Assembly (NCBI RefSeq): GCF_006345805.1
Contig: NC_043004.1
Span: 93,062,001-93,126,000, forward strand
Origin: Octopus sinensis
Lineage: Eukaryota
Length of the DNA stretch: 64,000 nucleotides
Direction of reading: 5' to 3'
Position numbers and translations under genes: made by a program. Under the pieces are notes generated by a model. It ran no database searches. It was given only the letters and a program-made list of their open reading frames with translations, and was not told where the DNA came from. Below are positions 1-64,000 of this stretch, one piece after another (within the stretch, counting starts at the first letter, position 1; each line of letters starts with the position of its first letter).

Positions 1-526
1 GGGCAAGCAAAATCGAAATCGAATTGAACCAGCCAGGATCCCTGTCTGGTGGTACGTAAAAAGCACTATCCGACTCGTGGCCGTGGCACGTAAAATACTC
101 CAATGCGACCGTACGACAGGCACCCATGCCAACCCCCTTTGCTTGTGAGGACATGTTGGGGCAAGCGAAATCGAAATCGAATTGAACCAGCCAGGATCCC
201 TGGTCTGGTGGTACGTAAAAAGCACTATCCGACTCGTGGCCGATGCCAGCACCGCCTCGACTGGCTTCCGTGCCGGTGGCACATAAAATACACCAATCTG
301 ACCGTGGCCGTTGCCAGCCCCGCCTGGCACCTGTGCAGGTGGCACGTAAAAAGCACCCACTACACTCACGGAGTAGTTGGCGTTAGGAAGGGCATCCAGC
401 TGTAGAAACATTGCCAGATTAGACTGGAGCCTGGTGCAGCCTTCTGGCTTCCCAGAACTCCGGTCGAACCGTCCAACCCATGCTAGCATGGAGAACGGAC
501 GTTAAACGACGATGATGATGATGATG
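1..526 (+). mobile_element. Family A non-autonomous retroelement 3' part ((GAT)n tail) with duplicated internal modules
   Basis: ggcacgtaaaaagcacc modules, ggcgttaggaagggcatccagctgtagaaac, ccatgctagcatgg hairpin, gttaaacgac(gat)n. Confidence 0.8.
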
Positions 527-773
527 AACATTGGAATGCAATGCAAACTTTGAATCTGTCAAACTGTCTTACCCATGTTAGCATGGAACATGGATGGTAA
601 GTGGTAATCTGTGAGAGATATATATAATAAATATGTATATATATCATCATCATCTTCGTTTAACGTCTGTTTTCCGCGCTAGCACAGGTTGGATGGTTCG
701 ACCAGGCTCCAGTCTGATCTGGCAGTGTTTCTACAGCTGGATGCCCTTCCTAATGCCAACCACTCCACGAGTG

Positions 774-833
<60 letters not shown>

Positions 834-900
834 AATCAAAAAACATAAAAATAAACAAGTTTTTGACGGTTTTATAGATATTTCAAAATTATGATGCTAA

Positions 901-63032
<62,132 letters not shown>

Positions 63033-64000
63033 GTATGTAGCTGTTTTTCATAGCATTATTTCTTACCTTCATAGTACACAGCATCACACCATACACCTCA
63101 TCACAACATGACATCACACAGCTTCACACAACACTGTATGACTCCACACAACACAATTCAACCTGGCACACCATGAAATACTTCATCACAAAGCATCACA
63201 GCACAGTAAAACCAACAGAATTACAACACAACCATATAACTATAGTTTCAGATTTTGTTAACCTCATTGTTGATGGATCAATTTTCCTATTGTCTTCAGG
63301 TACCTATTTTTTACACACACACACACATGCATAAGAAACATTTCAGGCCATTGGGAGATATGTTGAACCTTGGACAGTTGAAATAGTCAGCACCTCTCAT
63401 TGAGTGGTTCATATACTAAGCAAGCAATGAAACCGCTACTATTTAGCCTTACATCAACATCATCATCCATCAGTCTACTATCTACTGTTATGATGTGAAC
63501 AGAGAAAAATAAGCAAAATAATTGAAGGTGTCCTTGTGGAGATGAATTAACAAACTTGTTATTACTATGAATGTAAGGCACCAATAAATCCTAAATAAGC
63601 CAAACTTTTGGTTATTTGACAATAAATAACAACACAAAATGGTGATGTGGCATGGTGGTTAGAGCATCAGACTAAATCCCTTGTGGTATTTATTCTGATC
63701 TGTGTTCTGAGTTCAATTTCCACTGAAGCCAGTTTTGCTTTTCATTCTTCCAGAGTTGATAAAGTATCAATCTAGGACTTTGATTGTTGATTTTTTTTAA
63801 AGGTTGGACTAAATGCCTTGTAGTATATTTTCTGGTTATTTGCATTCCGACTTCAAATCCTGCTGTGGCCTAGTTGGATTGGATTGTTGATTTAGTCCAT
63901 CGCCTGGTTTAACATCAGCACCACTTGGCACCTTGAATGCTTTTAGCATAGCTCACTCTGTTGCAAGCATTCAAGCGAGGCTTCCAATTTGAGAACATTT

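Overview
Eukaryotic, AT- and microsatellite-rich genomic DNA, very probably octopus (inferred from the SINE families). The whole window lies inside one + strand gene, the large Sec7-domain Arf-GEF of the BIG1/BIG2 (ARFGEF1/2, fly Sec71) family. I could chain 26 GT-AG exons (969..63032) with fully consistent phases, about 1277 codons covering the HUS region, the Sec7 domain ([12 protein letters not shown]) and the HDS regions. The start and stop codons lie outside the window. Introns are packed with tRNA/CORE SINEs, a modular (GAT)n-tailed non-autonomous retroelement, CR1-type LINE 3' ends, piggyBac-type MITEs, Helitrons, mariner/Tc1/pogo remnants and Penelope-like pieces. The most notable observations are (1) several minimal type-I hammerhead ribozyme motifs with non-canonical cores (UUGAUAA with a U3-A8 pair, CUGUCGA, CCGAUGA), three of them within 1 kb of the 12.9-kb intron; (2) candidate frame-preserving microexons (24 nt, 45 nt) in that intron; (3) a LINE-SINE pair sharing a covarying 3' stem-loop; (4) a perfect 114-bp fold-back and a templated local insertion. 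Exon coordinates were counted by hand from splice sites. Repeat boundaries are approximate (about +/-10-30 nt), and family names are tentative because no database search was possible.
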